DNA of 64,000 bases from Cycas panzhihuaensis (taxonomy: Eukaryota; Plantae; Cycadophyta). The DNA is taken from NCBI GenBank assembly GCA_023213395.1, contig CM041465.1, forward strand, positions 8,184,001 through 8,248,000, read 5' to 3'. Shown one piece after another: positions 61,296-64,000 of this stretch (positions within the stretch are counted from its first letter, which is position 1; each line of letters opens with the position of its first letter). The notes beneath the pieces are model-generated. The model ran no database searches. It had not been told where the DNA came from and saw only the letters and a program-made list of their open reading frames with translations. The position numbers were made by a program, and so were the translations under genes.

Positions 61296-64000
61296 ATGGC
61301 TGCCATAAACATGCTAAATGCATACACTATTTGGTTAACATGATAAGATAATTATTAAGAATGGAAGAGACTCACTCAGAACTTACTAATCATGAACGAA
61401 TTCTGAAGTTATGTTTCTGGGAGATTACCTCGACCAACACCTGTTACTAATGGAAATGTTACTATACAACCTGATGATGCTTTGCTTGCTGCTTGGGAAG
61501 CCAAAGATGAAATTGCTTTGGCATTCCTTCACATGATTATTGATGTACATGTAGATCAGAATATTGCTGGTGCTAACACTTCTAAGAAAGCTTGGGACAC
61601 TTTGTCCTCATTGTATGAAAGGCGAGATCAAGCTCGCATTTTAATGGTTAAAGTAAAATTGTATTCTATTAAGTTTATCAAGCCCTTGTCAGCTTTTCTT
61701 TCCTCCGTCAAGGAGGTATGTAATCAACTGAATACACTTGGAAGTCCAACAACGAGGGATGAATTGATCACATCCACCACTAAAGCCTTACCGAAAGACT
61801 ATAATGGCTTTATTTCGTCTACTACAAGAGATGGTTCCCTCAAAACTATGACATTCAACGAATTTGAAAGTCTACTACTTCAAGAAGAATAAATCTACAC
61901 TAAGGATAATGAGGAGGGACCATCTATATCAGGTGCATTTACGGCCAATTCAAAGGCCAAACAGCAACCCAAACCTGCACTTTCAAAGTAGTTTGGGAAC
62001 ATGAACATTGGGTCTTCAAGGACTAATGTTGTATGTCATTATTATGGAAAACCTGGCCACATCGCACTTGATTGTCAGAAAAAGTAAGCAGATCTACGCC
62101 AATAACATCAGTAGCCATGCCAGCGTTGTTAATAATAGCAACAGCCCACATGCAAGACCGGTGAATATCACCCATGTTAGCGGTGCGATGAGCGGTTTCA
62201 ACAACATGATGGCAAAAACCCCCTCGACCAAATCGAGGTGCCTATCGAGGAGGTCAAAGAGGAAGGGGGGGCTTCAGAGGTGGCAATCAACGCCACTTTA
62301 ATCAGTTTGCAGATGAAGACAAACTATTTTATGCATATCAGACATCTAAGGTTGATGAAACTTTGATTATTGATTCTGGAGCTTCAAAACACATGGCTGG
62401 AAGTGAAGAGCTCCTCACCAACATCAAGGAAGGCAAAGGTCAAATAGTGACCTTTGGGAATAATCAATCTACCAAAATTTCTGGAGTAGGCACAATAACT
62501 CCATTTTTTTCTTCATCAAATCCTTCCTCCACATTTCCCGATGGCAATGCCTATTTAATACCTTCAATGGACAAAAATTTACTATCTATTAACCAGTTGG
62601 ACAAGCAACAGATGAGTGTATTATTCCAAAACAGGAAATGTATAATTAGTGACAAAGAAGACCAAGTAGTAGCTGTTGGCTATGAGTATCAAGGCCTCTA
62701 CAAGTTGGATGCAAATAATATAACCCTTGATTCTACTTACTCTGGTTCCATTGTCACTCCTTACTTGTCCAAGATGCAACTTTGGCATCAATGTCTAGGC
62801 CATTTGAGCTTAGATAATTTAAGGCAGATGATCAACAAGAACATGGTACATGGGCTTCCTAAGATTTATAGAACGAAATATCTTTGCGAAGCGTGCATTA
62901 TGGGAACTCAGCATTGCTTGCCTTTCCCTAAAGGCAAAGCATGGCGTGCATCACATCCTCTGCAGCTAGTACATTCAGATTTGTGTGGACCTATGTCCAC
63001 ATCATCTTTTGGAGGAGCTTTGTATTATATCTCCTTCATTGATGATTTTTCTCACAAAGTTTGGGTTTATTTCATCAAACACAAATTTGAAGCATTTTCC
63101 AAGTTCAAAGAATTCAAACTTGAAGTGGAAAATGAGTTTGGCCATTCAATCAAAACATTTAAGACAGACAGTGGAGGTGAATTTACATCAAATGAATTCA
63201 CCCAATACTACAAGGATAATGGCATTCAGAGACAATTGACGATACCTCACACTCCTCAACAAAATGGAGTCTCCGAACGGATGAACAGAACTTTGGCTAA
63301 TAAAGCCAAAGCTATGATGCATGCACAAGGACTCACTCGAGCTTACTGGGTAGAAGCATTTCACATAACTGCCTATGTGGCCAATCATAGTCCTACTACA
63401 ACAGTCACCAACATGACACCCGAGGAGGCATAGTCTGGCAAAAAGCCTACTGTCAGCCATTTAAGGACTTTTGGGTGCACTGCTTATATGCACATTCTAG
63501 ATCAACAAAGGAAGAAATTAGACAAGCATAGTCTAAAATGCATCTTTGTAGGTTATGCCATTCACAGCAAAGCCTACAAGTTGTATGATCCTATAGGGAA
63601 GAAAATGCATCTCTCAAGAGATGTCATCTTTGCTGAAGAAGATCACTAGGAGGTGCAAACAGCATCCATACAACCTCCCATTGACAAAGGCAAGAAGATT
63701 GTTGAGGCCTTCCTTCCCTCTCAATCCTTTACACCATGTTCATCATCTGCACCAGCTGGACCATCTACTTCAACTGAATTTGCTCCACTTGATCCAAACA
63801 CATCTTCTGTTGACCAACCACTTACACCAGAAGACCTTGAGGTTCAAGTAACTTTAATTCAAAAGTTACCTAAATGGTACACACAAACAGTTCAGGATGA
63901 TCACATCATTGAAGGAAAACGTCCATCTAAATATCGGCAGCAAACCAATTATGCACTCATGGCTGAAGTGCTTTGTGTTGATGAGCCTTCCACTTTTGAG
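61296..64000 (+). pseudogene. Copia gag-pol (gag, knuckle, protease, integrase, start of RT) with scattered stops and frameshifts
   Basis: NY*EWK..; ORF 61482-61892 (UBN2-type gag); CHYYGKPGHIALDC knuckle; ORF 62363-63433 IIDSGASKHM, LWHQCLGH, CEAC, LVHSDLCGPM, TDSGGEF, PHTPQQNGVSERMNRTL; HLRTFGC, CIFVGY, SRDVIF; EPSTFE at the window end. Confidence 0.95.

Larger units (their letters stand above)
59076..64000 (+). mobile_element. Nested Ty1/copia element (younger), runs off the window end
   Basis: 5' LTR TGTTAAACC...TTTTACA at 59076-59627, perfect PBS TGGTATCAGAGC at 59630-59641, ~1.65-kb leader, gag-pol from 61296. Inserted in the integrase of the host copia (predicted TSD CATCC). Confidence 0.93.

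Overview
Repeat-rich land-plant nuclear DNA. The Tat element layout and PPR style suggest a non-angiosperm vascular plant, but that is inference. There is one intact host gene: a 6-exon, minus-strand ubiquitin-conjugating E2 of the UBC15-18/UBE2W family (16069->11987, 159 aa) whose first coding intron appears to be GC-AG. The rest is nested retroelements and simple repeats. (1) A 4.6-kb gag-only LTR element (219-4835, TSD CTTTT) carries a captured C-terminal fragment of plastid glutathione reductase. (2) Copia RT/RNaseH and chromovirus gag-protease relics follow; the latter is split by a young 1.18-kb element with ~29-bp terminal inverted repeats, a PBS and TSD CAAAC. (3) Two compound (TA/CA/TACA)n tracts of ~1.3 kb and ~9.2 kb contain recurrent 43-45-bp unique islands. 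(4) A 17-kb Tat-clade Ty3/gypsy element (36447-53405) is inserted into a PLS-E+ PPR pseudogene. Its 3' region holds a head-to-head pair of accessory genes: an antisense, apparently spliced plant-mobile-domain gene and a stand-alone archaeal-type RNase H. (5) Two nested Ty1/copia elements have long leaders that share a predicted three-way-junction RNA fold. All long IY/CV/HT ORFs in the track are microsatellite artefacts. All alignments, translations and folds were done by eye.
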